Source: Ostreococcus lucimarinus (taxonomy: Eukaryota). Taken from it: a DNA stretch of 64,000 nt. A program made the position numbers and the translations under genes. A model generated the notes under the pieces. The model saw only the letters and a list, made by a program, of their open reading frames with translations, did no database searches and was not told where the DNA came from. The stretch's first letter is position 1. Every line of letters begins with the position of its first letter. The DNA lies in NCBI GenBank assembly GCA_000092065.1, contig CP000582.1. One strand, written 5' to 3'. Shown one piece after another: positions 9,383-19,415 of the stretch.

Positions 9383-10471
9383 ATGCATTCGCGCGCGACG
9401 ACGTCGCACTTTTCCGCCGCCTCGCCGACGTTCGCCGCGTCGCGCGGCGTCTCGAGCGCACCCCAGCGCTCGAGACGCGGGCGCGAGACGTGGACGCGGG
9501 CGTTTGACTCACCGGGCGAGGCTCGGGAGCGTCGGCCGTGGGCGGTGTCGCTGGCGAGGGTGTTCGAGTGGGAGGACGTGCTCGAGGCGTCGAGCGGCGA
9601 CGGTTACGACGACGAGTCGACGAGCGATGACGATGAAACCGGCGAGAGAACGGGCAAGGCGAGCGCCCCGACGCGAGGTACTAGTGATGAGTTCGTCATC
9701 GTCGACGGCGCGAACGTCGCGTGGGGATTGGCGCAGAAATTGAAGAGTCGGTTTCAAGCGAAGACGCGCGTGCCGATGTCCGCAGCCGTGGTCATGGCGT
9801 TGGATTACGAGCCTTGGCTCAGGCGAGGATTGAAGACGCACGCGTTCATTCCGCGAGAGTACGTCGTCGGATACGTGAACTCGGTGTGCGATGGTGGCGG
9901 ATTAGGGACGGTGAACGCAGACGTGGTGGAGTATTTAGGTAAAGGCGTGTGGTGCAACCGACGACTGATGGACGAGGTGGAAAAGGGACGAATCACGCTC
10001 GTCTCGCGAGCGGGCGACGACGGGCGAGGGTCGCGCAAGGCGGATGATTTGACGATTCTGCGACGCGCGAAGGAGGCTGACGCGTGGATATGCAGTAACG
10101 ACAAGTTTCGCGATCATAGACGAGAGCGAGACATTGGATTTAGCGGCGGCAAGGCGATGAAGGAGTTCGCGCGACTGCGCAGAATAGATCACAACTTTGT
10201 CGTCGCGCCGGGCTTAGACGACGTCACCCTCGACGCGATGCTCGAAGCGAGCGAATGGAACCCACGCGTGGGTTCGCATCACTTCGATGCGTACGACGGA
10301 CCTCGCCGCGCGCCGCCGCGCGTCGGCGCCGACGCCGTCTCGCCGCCGTACCACGCGATGCCGCACGCCGTGCTTCCGATTTATTTCGAGCCGTTACCCA
10401 CGGATTCGATGAAAACCGCGCGTAAAACGTTTCTCGAGCGCAAGGACTGGGAACTACCGAGGATCAAGTGA
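9383..10471 (+). CDS. NYN/PIN-like ribonuclease domain protein (Zc3h12a/MCPIP-like RNase domain).
   Basis: FVIVDGANVAW ... ICSNDKFRDH parallels the MCPIP1 RNase core (VVIDGSNVAM ... VVSNDTYRD). Preceded by an acidic/Ser-rich N-terminal region. ATG at 9383. Confidence 0.6.
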   Translation: MHSRATTSHFSAASPTFAASRGVSSAPQRSRRGRETWTRAFDSPGEARERRPWAVSLARVFEWEDVLEASSGDGYDDESTSDDDETGERTGKASAPTRGTSDEFVIVDGANVAWGLAQKLKSRFQAKTRVPMSAAVVMALDYEPWLRRGLKTHAFIPREYVVGYVNSVCDGGGLGTVNADVVEYLGKGVWCNRRLMDEVEKGRITLVSRAGDDGRGSRKADDLTILRRAKEADAWICSNDKFRDHRRERDIGFSGGKAMKEFARLRRIDHNFVVAPGLDDVTLDAMLEASEWNPRVGSHHFDAYDGPRRAPPRVGADAVSPPYHAMPHAVLPIYFEPLPTDSMKTARKTFLERKDWELPRIK

Positions 10472-10703
10472 CCGTCGCGTCGCCGCCCGTCGCCGCGCGT
10501 CGGCGCGCGGAGACCAAGCGGCCGAAACATCATTCGCCTATAAATTCGCCTTAAATTACACGTTAGAAAATTCGTATAATATAGCTAAAAAAACCATGAA
10601 CGAACCACCGGTCGCACGCGCCGCCGCCGCCGCGGCCGCGCCGCCGCACTCGTCGCCGCGCGTCGGCGCTCGATCGCCGCCCGTCGCCGCGCGACGACGC
10701 GCG

Positions 10704-12698
10704 ATGCAGTACAACTTTAAGAAGATCGCGAGCGTGCCCGCGGCGAGCGATTTCATCGACGTCGTCCTGAGCCGCACGCAGCGACAGACGCCGACGGTCG
10801 TCCACGCGGGCTACGCCATCGCGCGCATTCGCCAGTTTTACATGCGCAAGGTGAAGTACACGCAGCAATCGTGGAACGAAAAGCTGTCGAGAATCCTCGA
10901 AGACTTCCCGAGAGTCGATGACGTGCACCCGTTCTACAGCGATCTGCTGAACGTGCTGTACGATAAGGACCACTACAAGCTGGCGCTAGGGCAGCTGAAC
11001 ACGGCGCGAGCGATGATTGATAAAATCGCGAAGGATTACGTGAAATTGCTCAAGTATGGGGATTCGTTGTACAGGTGTAAGCAGTTGAAAAGAGCGGCGC
11101 TGGGGCGGATGTGCACCATCATGAAAAAACACGCGGCGAGCTTGGCGTATTTGGAGCAGGTGCGACAACACATGTCGCGTCTGCCGAGCATCGATCCGAA
11201 CACGCGGTCTATTTTGGTGTGCGGGTATCCGAATGTGGGTAAATCGAGCTTTATGAACAAGGTGACGCGAGCGGATGTTGAGGTGCAGCCGTACGCGTTC
11301 ACGACGAAGTCGATTTACGTCGGTCACACGGATTACAAGTACTTGCGGTGGCAAGTTTTGGACACGCCGGGAATTTTGGATCGACCGTTGGACGAACGAA
11401 ACACGATTGAAATGCAGTCCATCACCGCCTTGGCGCATCTTCGAGCGGTCGTGCTGTACATAGTAGATATTAGTGAGCAGTGCGGATTCTCGATCGCGCA
11501 ACAGGCGGCTTTGTTTCACTCCATCAAACCGTTGTTCGCCAACAAGCCGCTGGTGGTGGCGATTAACAAAATCGACGTGCGCAAGCTCGAGGACTTGAGC
11601 GCCGAGGATCGGGCGCTGATTGACGGCATGCGCGACGCCATGCGTGGCCCGGCGGCGATGCAGCTCGGCGATGACGATGCTCTGCCGATCATGTCCACAC
11701 TCAGTGAAAACGGGGTCATGGAGGTGAAGAATAGATGTTGCGATTTGTTGCTCGCGCACCGGGTTGAGCAAAAGCTCGCCAGTCGTCGCGCGGGAGAGGT
11801 GATGAACCGCTTGCACGTCGCCACTCCGGTGCCGAGAGATTCGAAACAGCGTCCGGCGTTTATACCATCGACGCTCGAGGCGAGCCGCGCGCGAAAAGCC
11901 GCGGGTGAAAAGATTGTCACGGAGAAGGAGTTGCAAGAACAAAACGGCGGCGCCGGTGTGTACTCGGCGGATTTGCGCAAGCGCTACATGCTGGAGAACG
12001 ACGATTGGAAGTACGACATCGTTCCCGAGATTTACAACGGCAAGAATGTGGCGGACTTTATCGATCCCGAGATCGAGGCCAAGCTCGCCGAGCTCGAACG
12101 CGAGGAAGACGAGCTCGAGGCGAAGTGGGAAGCCGAGCGCATGGACCGCGAGCCGCAGGAGGCGGATTTAGACGAAGACGAGCGCGCGCTCCTCGGCGAG
12201 GTTCGCACGCGCCGCAACAAGCTCGTCGCCGAGCACAGACGAAAGAAAGCTGCCGGAAACAACAATCCAGTCGTCCCACGCAAGGTGGACCACGAACGCA
12301 AGCTCAACACGAAGAACATGAAGTCAAGCTTGGAGTCCATGGGCTTGGACGCCACCGCCGCCGTCGAGCGCGCGCGGTCGCGCTCTCGCGTCGTCAAGCG
12401 CGGGCGTTCCATGGGCGCCGACGCCTCCATGGGCGCCGACGACGCCAACGAAGACGGCAAGAAGATGCGCACATCCAAGTCTCGCTCAAAATCCGTCGCC
12501 AAGCGCGTCAAGGACGAAGTCGGCGGCGGCCTCAAGAGCGTCGACGCCACCCTCCGCGCGACGAAGATGGCGGACAAGGCGCAGCGCAAGCGCAACAAGT
12601 TGGCCAAATCCGGCGAGGGCGATCGCACCATCAACACCAAGCTGCCCAAGTGGTTAAACAGCGGCAAGCGCGGCAACGGCAAGACCGATCGCCGTTAG
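10704..12698 (+). CDS. NOG1: Nucleolar GTP-binding protein 1 (NOG1).
   Basis: MQYNFKKI... NOG1 N-terminal domain, GYPNVGKSSF (G1), DTPG (G3), NKID (G4) and a lysine-rich C-terminal tail. The track ORF starts upstream at 10596, but the conserved NOG1 start (MQYNF) is the ATG at 10704. An AT-rich TATA-like region (cctataaatt / tcgtataatata) lies just upstream at ~10545-10590. Confidence 0.9.
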   Translation: MQYNFKKIASVPAASDFIDVVLSRTQRQTPTVVHAGYAIARIRQFYMRKVKYTQQSWNEKLSRILEDFPRVDDVHPFYSDLLNVLYDKDHYKLALGQLNTARAMIDKIAKDYVKLLKYGDSLYRCKQLKRAALGRMCTIMKKHAASLAYLEQVRQHMSRLPSIDPNTRSILVCGYPNVGKSSFMNKVTRADVEVQPYAFTTKSIYVGHTDYKYLRWQVLDTPGILDRPLDERNTIEMQSITALAHLRAVVLYIVDISEQCGFSIAQQAALFHSIKPLFANKPLVVAINKIDVRKLEDLSAEDRALIDGMRDAMRGPAAMQLGDDDALPIMSTLSENGVMEVKNRCCDLLLAHRVEQKLASRRAGEVMNRLHVATPVPRDSKQRPAFIPSTLEASRARKAAGEKIVTEKELQEQNGGAGVYSADLRKRYMLENDDWKYDIVPEIYNGKNVADFIDPEIEAKLAELEREEDELEAKWEAERMDREPQEADLDEDERALLGEVRTRRNKLVAEHRRKKAAGNNNPVVPRKVDHERKLNTKNMKSSLESMGLDATAAVERARSRSRVVKRGRSMGADASMGADDANEDGKKMRTSKSRSKSVAKRVKDEVGGGLKSVDATLRATKMADKAQRKRNKLAKSGEGDRTINTKLPKWLNSGKRGNGKTDRR

Positions 12699-12821
12699 CG
12701 GGCATCCATTCATTCGTTGTAACATCGACATCGCGCCCCGGCGTTGACCGCGCCCGAAGCGCGCCTCGCGAACGACCCGAACCTCAGATCTCGCCATCGC
12801 GCCGCTCGCCTCTCGACGACG

Positions 12822-14099
12822 ATGCCGCGCGCGATGGAAACCGAGAGCGACGTCGCCACGGACGACGAGATCGCGTCGCTTCGCGCCGTCGTCTTCGCGA
12901 GCGACGCGGAGGGCGACGCGACGACGACGACGGAGAGTTCAACCGCGACCGCGATCAAAAACAAAGAACTCGCTATCGAACGACTTGGAAACGCGTACGC
13001 GTCGCGAGACGACGCGAACGCGTTCAAGACGCTGTTTAGCGAGCTGAGACCGATGCTGGCGAAGGCGCCAAAGGCGAAGACGGCGAAAATCGTGCGGGGA
13101 TTGATTGAAATCATGGGAAGGATTCGAGGACACGACGCGATGCAGGTGGAGCTGTGCAGAGAGCACGTCGAGTGGGCGCGAGCGGAACGACGGACGTTTT
13201 TGAGACATCGCGTTGAATTGCGATTGGCGACGTTGCATCTGACGATGCGGGATTATCCGGAGGCGTTGCGCGTCGTCGGCGCGCTCGCGCGCGAGGTGAA
13301 AAAGTTGGACGACAAGTTGTTGCTCGTAGACATTCACTTGCTCGAATCGAGGATACACTACGCGTTGCGTAACTTGCCGAAGAGTAAGGCGGCGCTGACG
13401 GCGGCGAGGACGAATGCGAACGCGATTTACGTGCCGCCGAGCGTGCAGTGTCAAATCGACGCGCAGAGCGGCATTTTACACGCCGACGAGAAGGATTACA
13501 AGACGGCGTACTCTTATTTTTTCGAAGCGTTCGAGCAGTTAAATTCGTTAGACGAGAAATCTTCCGCGGTGACGGCGCTCAAGTACATGCTGATGTGCAA
13601 GATTATGTGCGGCCAGGCGGAGGACGTGAGCACGCTCATCTCTAGCAAGGGCGGTTTGCAGCACCAAGGCGAAGCCTTGGACGCGATGAAGGCGGTGAGC
13701 GAGGCGTACAAGGCGCGCTCGTTGAAGGATTTACAGAACGTTTTGCGCGGATACAGTGCCCAACTTGGTGACGACCCCATCATAGCTGCGCACCTGGGCA
13801 GCTTGCAAGACTCCTTGATGGAGGAAAACTTGAAGCGTCTCATTGAGCCCTTCTCGCGAGTCGAAATCGCCCACGTCGCCGACTTGATCGAGCTTCCCAT
13901 CGCTGAAGTCGAGATGAAACTTTCGCAAATGATCTTAGACCGAAAATTCGAAGGCATTCTCGACCAAGGTACGGGTTGCCTCATCGTCTACGACGACCCG
14001 AGCGCCGAGACGATGTACAAAGCCGCCCTCGACGTCGTTCAAAACGTCGGCAAAGTCGTCGATTCACTCACTGTCAAGTCTTCCAAAATTGTCGCTTAG
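12822..14099 (+). CDS. RPN6: 26S proteasome regulatory subunit Rpn6 / PSMD11 (PCI domain).
   Basis: Colinear with Rpn6 throughout (AIERLGNAYASR..., LLLVDIHLLESRIHYALRNLPKSKAALTAARTNANAIYVPP, C-terminal PCI/winged-helix EGILDQGTGCLIVYDD). The track start at 12744 is TTG, and the first ATG is at 12822. That gives 425 aa. Confidence 0.85.
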   Translation: MPRAMETESDVATDDEIASLRAVVFASDAEGDATTTTESSTATAIKNKELAIERLGNAYASRDDANAFKTLFSELRPMLAKAPKAKTAKIVRGLIEIMGRIRGHDAMQVELCREHVEWARAERRTFLRHRVELRLATLHLTMRDYPEALRVVGALAREVKKLDDKLLLVDIHLLESRIHYALRNLPKSKAALTAARTNANAIYVPPSVQCQIDAQSGILHADEKDYKTAYSYFFEAFEQLNSLDEKSSAVTALKYMLMCKIMCGQAEDVSTLISSKGGLQHQGEALDAMKAVSEAYKARSLKDLQNVLRGYSAQLGDDPIIAAHLGSLQDSLMEENLKRLIEPFSRVEIAHVADLIELPIAEVEMKLSQMILDRKFEGILDQGTGCLIVYDDPSAETMYKAALDVVQNVGKVVDSLTVKSSKIVA

Positions 14100-14252
14100 G
14101 ACTTTGGAACGTTTTAATCAATCATTGACGTGTCATCGAGTCGTCTTTCCTCGCATGCGCCATCCAAACCGACGAACGCGCGCAAGAAATATTCCAACGA
14201 CCGCGGCGCAGGCGCAAGTTGTAGGCACAAGTATATCAACAAACAAAAATCG

Positions 14253-16725
14253 CTACGTGAATTTCCTAGATTTGACGACGCTCGTTTTAACACCCGTGAG
14301 CTCACCACCGTAGCCATCTGTCTTTTCTTTGACATCGCGAACGGAGCCTTTTCTTCGAGTGACGGCGCGGCCGAATTTGCCGCGAAGCCGAACACGCGGG
14401 TTTTTCGCCTCCTTGTTTCTGTGCGGAGTGAGACCTCTGTTCGACATAATGGTTTGTCCAATTTCGCGCTTGCCGTCGATATCCTCCTCCGGGGCGATAA
14501 CCAAGCCTGGTTCGCGCGTGTACTTTTCAGCCTTCGCGCGACGCTTGCTGTCACGCAAGTCGGCGGCGGCGATGTATTGCTCATCATCGTCAACGTGTGC
14601 GCCACGAGGCTCATCGTCTGCGTCCATTTGCATTTGTTGCTTGCGCTGTAAAGAGCGAGCAACACCGCGTTCGTACTTAGACCGGCGTTCCTACGAGTGA
14701 TAAAAAAGGGGGGTTCATGGTCAGTGTCGGCGACTCTACTCGACGAGGCAAAGAATATTCCAAACGCTTCGCGCGCTCGACGACAATAGCGTGTGTTGAC
14801 GAGCTTTGTGAAGCGTGCGGTGTTGAATGTGGCATCAATTTTGACCCCGGCCGATCATGGAGAGGAAAACACCCGAAGCTTCGATATGATGCGATGAAAC
14901 GCGCGAGAGAAAACGCAAAAATACTCACCCCGAGCGTATCGCGCAACGGCACATCTTGTTCTCCAGAAGTGATATCTTGACTGGGCTTTTTGTACCCTTC
15001 CGTGACGGTATCCACCAAACGACGTTTACGCGAAACTTTGTCGAGCTCTTCGGTGCGCTCGACGAGATCGGCGACGTCGTCGCCGAAGTCGCCGACGGCG
15101 GCGAGCGAGTTGACGTTTCTCGTCGAGGCTTTTTGTCTTCGTCGCTCTTGTTTGGAAAGCGGCACGCGCGTGAACAAATCTTCCTCCACTCGCGCGCGAG
15201 CTTCCATTCTTGCCATCTCGCGCTTCGCGAACGCGCTTTGGACCAAATCTTCGTCTCCCAAACCAACCTCCTCGGGAGCTTCGCCGACTTCGCGAGCGAG
15301 TTCCTGCGGGTGAGCGAAAACGAGTGCGAAAGACGAGTCAGTCGATATTCGCGGTCGACGCGAGCGCTGATAAATGTCCAACTCTTGATTGGATGTTCAC
15401 CGACGGCGAAGCGAGCGGCACCCTGCCCAAGATTTGGTACGTGTGATTTCCGCCAGTAGATAAGGAAGCCCCGGACTATCTCATGGAAGGAGACCCGGGG
15501 GGCAAACAGGCGTTTCGCGCCGCGACGAAAAGACAATCGAAGATGCGCTCGACGCGAGCGTATCCGCGCACGTACCTTGATGAGCTGTGATCGACCGGCG
15601 CGACGACGCTGCTCCTTGCTTCTTCGCAATTCTTTGGCGTCTTTACCTCCGACTTCGTAATCCATCGAAGTGGGTAACATCTTCGGCGGTCGATACACGC
15701 CGTCGCCGCCCTCTTCGTCTTCGCCCGTCTTGGAAACCAGAGCGTTGGGATTCGGGGCGAATCTGAGTGGATCTTCATCGTCGTTCGCAACGGTCGAACG
15801 CTCGGACGCGCTCGCGAGTTTCAACAATTTATCAATCTGCGTCGCGAAGAAAAAGTGTACCTCTGTCAGTTTGCGGCGCGACGAAGCGCGCGTAAAATCT
15901 TCGCGATGATGGTAAAGGTGGCTGAACGACGACGCGCGGCTCAGTCCCTTAGATGTTCTTAAAACCTTCAGTGAGTAGTCAGGCCAATGCTGTGAGCGTT
16001 TACATCACCGCCGAACGTCGTCGTCGCAGCCACCATCGCGGCGAAAAGGCGCGTCTTGTTCGTCGTCGAGAGCGCGGTCAGTCTTCGCACCTGGTACTGA
16101 AGCTTCTTATCGATCGGTCGCAGTTTTTCGAGGTACAGTCGAATCTCGACCAATCTCTCAATCACTGGATGGTCCTTCACGCTGCGACCTTCGGATTTGA
16201 GCAAGAGGTAGAACACGATGGACGAGCAATAACTCAGCATCAAAAGATACTTGGTGTCCAAGTACGAAATACCCTCCGCCGTCGCGAACGCGCCGTTGCG
16301 CGCGGCGTTCACCAAGGGTTCGACGCTCTCTTCGATCGCGCTCAAAGTCGACGTCAGCTCCTTCGTGAGGGCGACGAGTTCTGGGGCGTCGCTCGCCGCC
16401 GCCGCGTCGTCCTCCGCCGCGAGCCGCTCCTCGCGTTCCTCCGCCGTCAGCGTCTCAATCTCCACCGCCGACGCTTTCTTGGTCGACGACTTCTTACCAT
16501 CGCCCCGACGTAAGTTCGCAACCTTCGCCCCGAGCGTGTCCTCCGCCTCCTCCTCGCTCTCGACCCCGAAGTCCTCCGCTCGCATCTCCTCCGCCATGAG
16601 CTTGCGCATTCGTCGCGCCTCCTTCTCCTCCTCCATGCGATCCTCCTCATCGCTCAATCCCTCGTGATCGACGTCGTCGTCCCCGTAGAAATCAACCTTC
16701 CGCTTCCCTTTGATTCCGAACCCTC

Positions 16726-16772
<47 letters not shown>

Positions 16773-17170
16773 GCCACCGCGTCTCTCCGCACCCGTCCCT
16801 CCAGCCGTCTCCGCTGCGCCTTCATCGCCTTCGCCAGCGCCGCTTCCTCGCTGTCCGAGTACCCATCCTCCTCCTCATCATCATCCATTCCATCCCTCGC
16901 GTCCTCGTCCGTCTCCTCGTCGTCGTCGTCATCGCTCTCGCGCTCGCGCTCGTCTTCGTCGTCCGTCGAGTCGTCGTCGACGCCCATCGCGCCGTCCTCC
17001 TCCTCCCCGCGCCCGTCCTCGCTCTCGCTCGACGTCGCGCTCGTTCTTAGGCCGACGTAGTTCGCGTCCATCGCGCCGAATCGCGCGTCGCACGCGTCGT
17101 TCGCGTCGTCGACGTCGTCGCGCATCCATCGCGTCGACGCCGCGCCGCCGCCATCGCGTCGTCGACCCAT
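14253..17170 (-). CDS. UTP3: Sas10/Utp3-family nucleolar (SSU processome) protein, with 4 exons.
   Basis: Exon 1 runs 17170..16091 and holds an acidic region with a (D/E)n repeat and the Sas10/Utp3/C1D domain (GISYLDTKYLLMLSYCSSIVFYLLLKSEGRSVKDHPVIERLVEIRLYLEKLRPIDKKLQYQ). It is followed by a GTGCGA donor. Exon 2 runs 15836..15576 after a ctttttcttcgcgacgcag acceptor and ends IK|gtacgt. Exon 3 runs 15303..14929 after a cacccgcag acceptor and ends LG|gtgagt. Exon 4 runs 14645..14253 after a ctctttacag acceptor and holds the Sas10 C-terminal domain (NRGLTPHRNKEAKNPRVRLRGKF). All junctions are phase 0 and agree with the three ORF-track frames. Introns are 254, 272 and 283 bp. The start was placed at the ATG at 17170. 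Confidence 0.7.
16727..16771. repeat. (GTCCTC)n hexanucleotide microsatellite of ~7.5 units.
   Basis: gtcctcgtcctcgtcctcgtcctc... sits inside Sas10 exon 1 and encodes an (E/D)n acidic run on the minus strand. Confidence 0.8.
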
Positions 17171-17334
17171 GATTCGTCGTTCCGCGCGCGTCGTTCGCGT
17201 CCGCTCGAACCGCGAGCGCGCGTCGCGGTTCGAGCGTCGACCGCGCGGCGCTCTCGCGGCGCGTCGACCGACGCGCGAACCGGCGCGTCGACGAGAGCCG
17301 CGAATCGAGACGCGGCGACGCCGGCGGCGCGACC

Positions 17335-17395
17335 ATAAATACCCATAAATTCTAAACCCTCGTATATTGAGTATATATATACCCATATACCGTGA
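17335..17395. promoter_or_regulatory. AT-rich putative bidirectional promoter between Sas10/Utp3 (minus) and Tat-SF1 (plus).
   Basis: cataaatacccataaattctaaaccctcgtatattgagtatatatatacccatatacc stands out sharply against the GC-rich surroundings. It holds several TATA-like elements and lies between two divergent ATGs (17170 and 17479). Confidence 0.5.
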
Positions 17396-17478
17396 TTCGT
17401 CGCGCGCACGCCGCACTGCGTCGCGCGACGCCGACGCCGCGCGACGCCGACGCCGCGCTCGCGTCGAACGAAGCCTCG

Positions 17479-18720
17479 ATGGACGAGCCCGAAGGCGACC
17501 GCGACGCCCCGGGCGACCGCGCGTCGTTCACGGACGACGACGGGACGCGCTACGACTGGGACGACGCGCGCGAGCGATTCGTCGCGCGCGACGACGACGC
17601 GACGACGCGCGACGCCGACGCGATGACGTACGACGGCGCGAGCGACGCGGAGGAAATCGCGCGCGCGGTGAAGACGTTCGACGCGATCAACGCGCTGCGA
17701 CGAGCGACGGAGGAGGACGCGGGGGAGGGGGAGGACGCGAGACGCGCGAGAAAGCGCGCGGCGGCGCTGGAACGCGCGGCGGAGCGCGCGAAGCGCGCGA
17801 AGGCGAAGCGACAGGGCGAGGGATTCGATGGGAATAAAAATGTGAAGTCGACGGGGGCGTACGTGACGGGGCTGCCGTCGGACGCGACGGAGGAGGAGTT
17901 GGGGGAGGCGTTTAAAAAGTGCGGCGTGGTGAAGCTGGACGCGAAGACGGGACGAGCGAGGGTGAAGGTGTACAGGGATGCGGACGGGAAGGTGAAGGGA
18001 GATGGGTTGGTGGTGTTTTTGAAGGCGCCGAGCGTGGATTTAGCGATCGCGCTGTTGGATCAGACGGAGTTGAGGCTTGGGGACGCGACGACGAGGATGA
18101 CGGTGACGGCGGCCAAGTTTGAGGCCAAGGCGCGGGGGGACGACGAAGGTGGGGGGGCGAAAGTCGCGGCGAAAGCGAGCGGTGGCGGCGCGCGAATGAC
18201 GAAGGCCGATCGCAAACGCGCGGCCGCTCTTCTGAAAAGGCAAGAGGCGGAGGCGTTGGGATGGGCGGGTTTCGACGACGACGTCGACGCGAAGAAGCTC
18301 ATCGTCGTCTTGCGGCGGATGTTTACTTTAGAAGAGATGTACGCCGACGCAAATTTGCGTAAAGAGCTCGAAGAAGACGTTATGGAGGAAGCGCAGCGTA
18401 CGTGCGGGCCGGTGATGAGCGTGAAGACGTACACGACGTCGCAAGATGGAACGATGACGATTCGCTTCAAATCTCTCGAAGCCGTCGAAGCGTGCGTCAA
18501 GGCGTGGAACGGTCGCTGGTTTGACGGTAGACAAATAGAAGCCTCGATGTGGGACGGAAAGAGTAAGTTTGTGAGCCAACGTGACGAGAGCGAGGCGGCG
18601 CAACGTGCGCGGTTAGACGCGTACGCCGCCGAACTCGGCGGCGGCTCGGACGCCGAAGACGCCGAAGACGACGACGACGACGTCGACGACGACGACGAAC
18701 ATTCCGACGACGAACAATAG
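17479..18720 (+). CDS. TATSF1: HIV Tat-specific factor 1 / Cus2-like splicing factor (two RRM/UHM domains).
   Basis: N-terminal YDWDDARERF resembles the TAT-SF1 start. RRM1 is GAYVTGLPSDATEEELGEAFKKCGVV...KGDGLVVFLK. UHM-like RRM2 is KKLIVVLRRMFTLEEM...TIRFKSLEAVEACVKAWNGRWFDGRQIEA. The tail is acidic. The track start at 17392 is GTG, and the first ATG is at 17479. Confidence 0.75.
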   Translation: MDEPEGDRDAPGDRASFTDDDGTRYDWDDARERFVARDDDATTRDADAMTYDGASDAEEIARAVKTFDAINALRRATEEDAGEGEDARRARKRAAALERAAERAKRAKAKRQGEGFDGNKNVKSTGAYVTGLPSDATEEELGEAFKKCGVVKLDAKTGRARVKVYRDADGKVKGDGLVVFLKAPSVDLAIALLDQTELRLGDATTRMTVTAAKFEAKARGDDEGGGAKVAAKASGGGARMTKADRKRAAALLKRQEAEALGWAGFDDDVDAKKLIVVLRRMFTLEEMYADANLRKELEEDVMEEAQRTCGPVMSVKTYTTSQDGTMTIRFKSLEAVEACVKAWNGRWFDGRQIEASMWDGKSKFVSQRDESEAAQRARLDAYAAELGGGSDAEDAEDDDDDVDDDDEHSDDEQ

Positions 18721-18749
18721 AATATAAAAAAAAATAAACAAACTAGCCG

Positions 18750-19415
18750 CTAAAAGCACATCTTAATCCGCGCGTCGTAATCCTTGATCTCGCGTATCGT
18801 GTCGCTCACCTCCTTCGCCGAAAACACAAACATCGTGCACCATATCGACGAGTACTTTTTTCCGCGCGGCTTCACCTCCACCTCCACCTTCGCCTCCCCG
18901 GCCGCCCCCGCGATCTTTTCGACCAATCCAGAGACAAATCCCTCCTCGCTCGCCGTCTCCGTCGTCGTCACGACTTGATACGTGTACTTTGCCGGGAATT
19001 GTTGTATCGTCTCCATGATTTCGCCGTCGTCGCGCTCGCTCGTGTCATACGGCGCGTCGTACTCCCCTCGCAGCGCTCTGACGTACAGGTCGAATCGCGT
19101 GGCGCCGAATTCGTTCAGCGGTTCGCCGGTCTTCGCGTCGATCAAGTCGCCGCGCTCGTCGAGGACGAGATCTTTTGCCCAGTCCGGCGTCGCGGCGTCG
19201 TCACCTCCTTCCGGAACGGCGCGCGCGCGGGCGCGGCGTTCGCGGTGCGCGCGCGCGGGCGCGACGCGCGACGCGCGCGCGTGTGTGGTCGCGCACGACG
19301 CGGTGCGGTGCGAGCGCGCGCGGGCGGCGAGCATGGCGGCGCGATGTGACGCGGCGTCGACGGCGCCGAGCGAAGTCAAAGCGGTACGATTACACGTCGC
19401 GCGAGAGTGGCTCAT
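18750..19415 (-). CDS. DUF493/YbeD-like (UPF0250) domain protein with a transit-peptide-like N-terminus.
   Basis: C-terminal ~90 aa ([17 protein letters not shown]...[33 protein letters not shown]) fit the YbeD fold pattern of FP..F.VVG followed by a beta-rich tail. The N-terminal ~70 aa are Ala/Arg/Ser-rich. The ATG at 19415 overlaps the DapF stop as ATGA. Confidence 0.45.
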   Translation of the reverse strand: MSHSRATCNRTALTSLGAVDAASHRAAMLAARARSHRTASCATTHARASRVAPARAHRERRARARAVPEGGDDAATPDWAKDLVLDERGDLIDAKTGEPLNEFGATRFDLYVRALRGEYDAPYDTSERDDGEIMETIQQFPAKYTYQVVTTTETASEEGFVSGLVEKIAGAAGEAKVEVEVKPRGKKYSSIWCTMFVFSAKEVSDTIREIKDYDARIKMCF

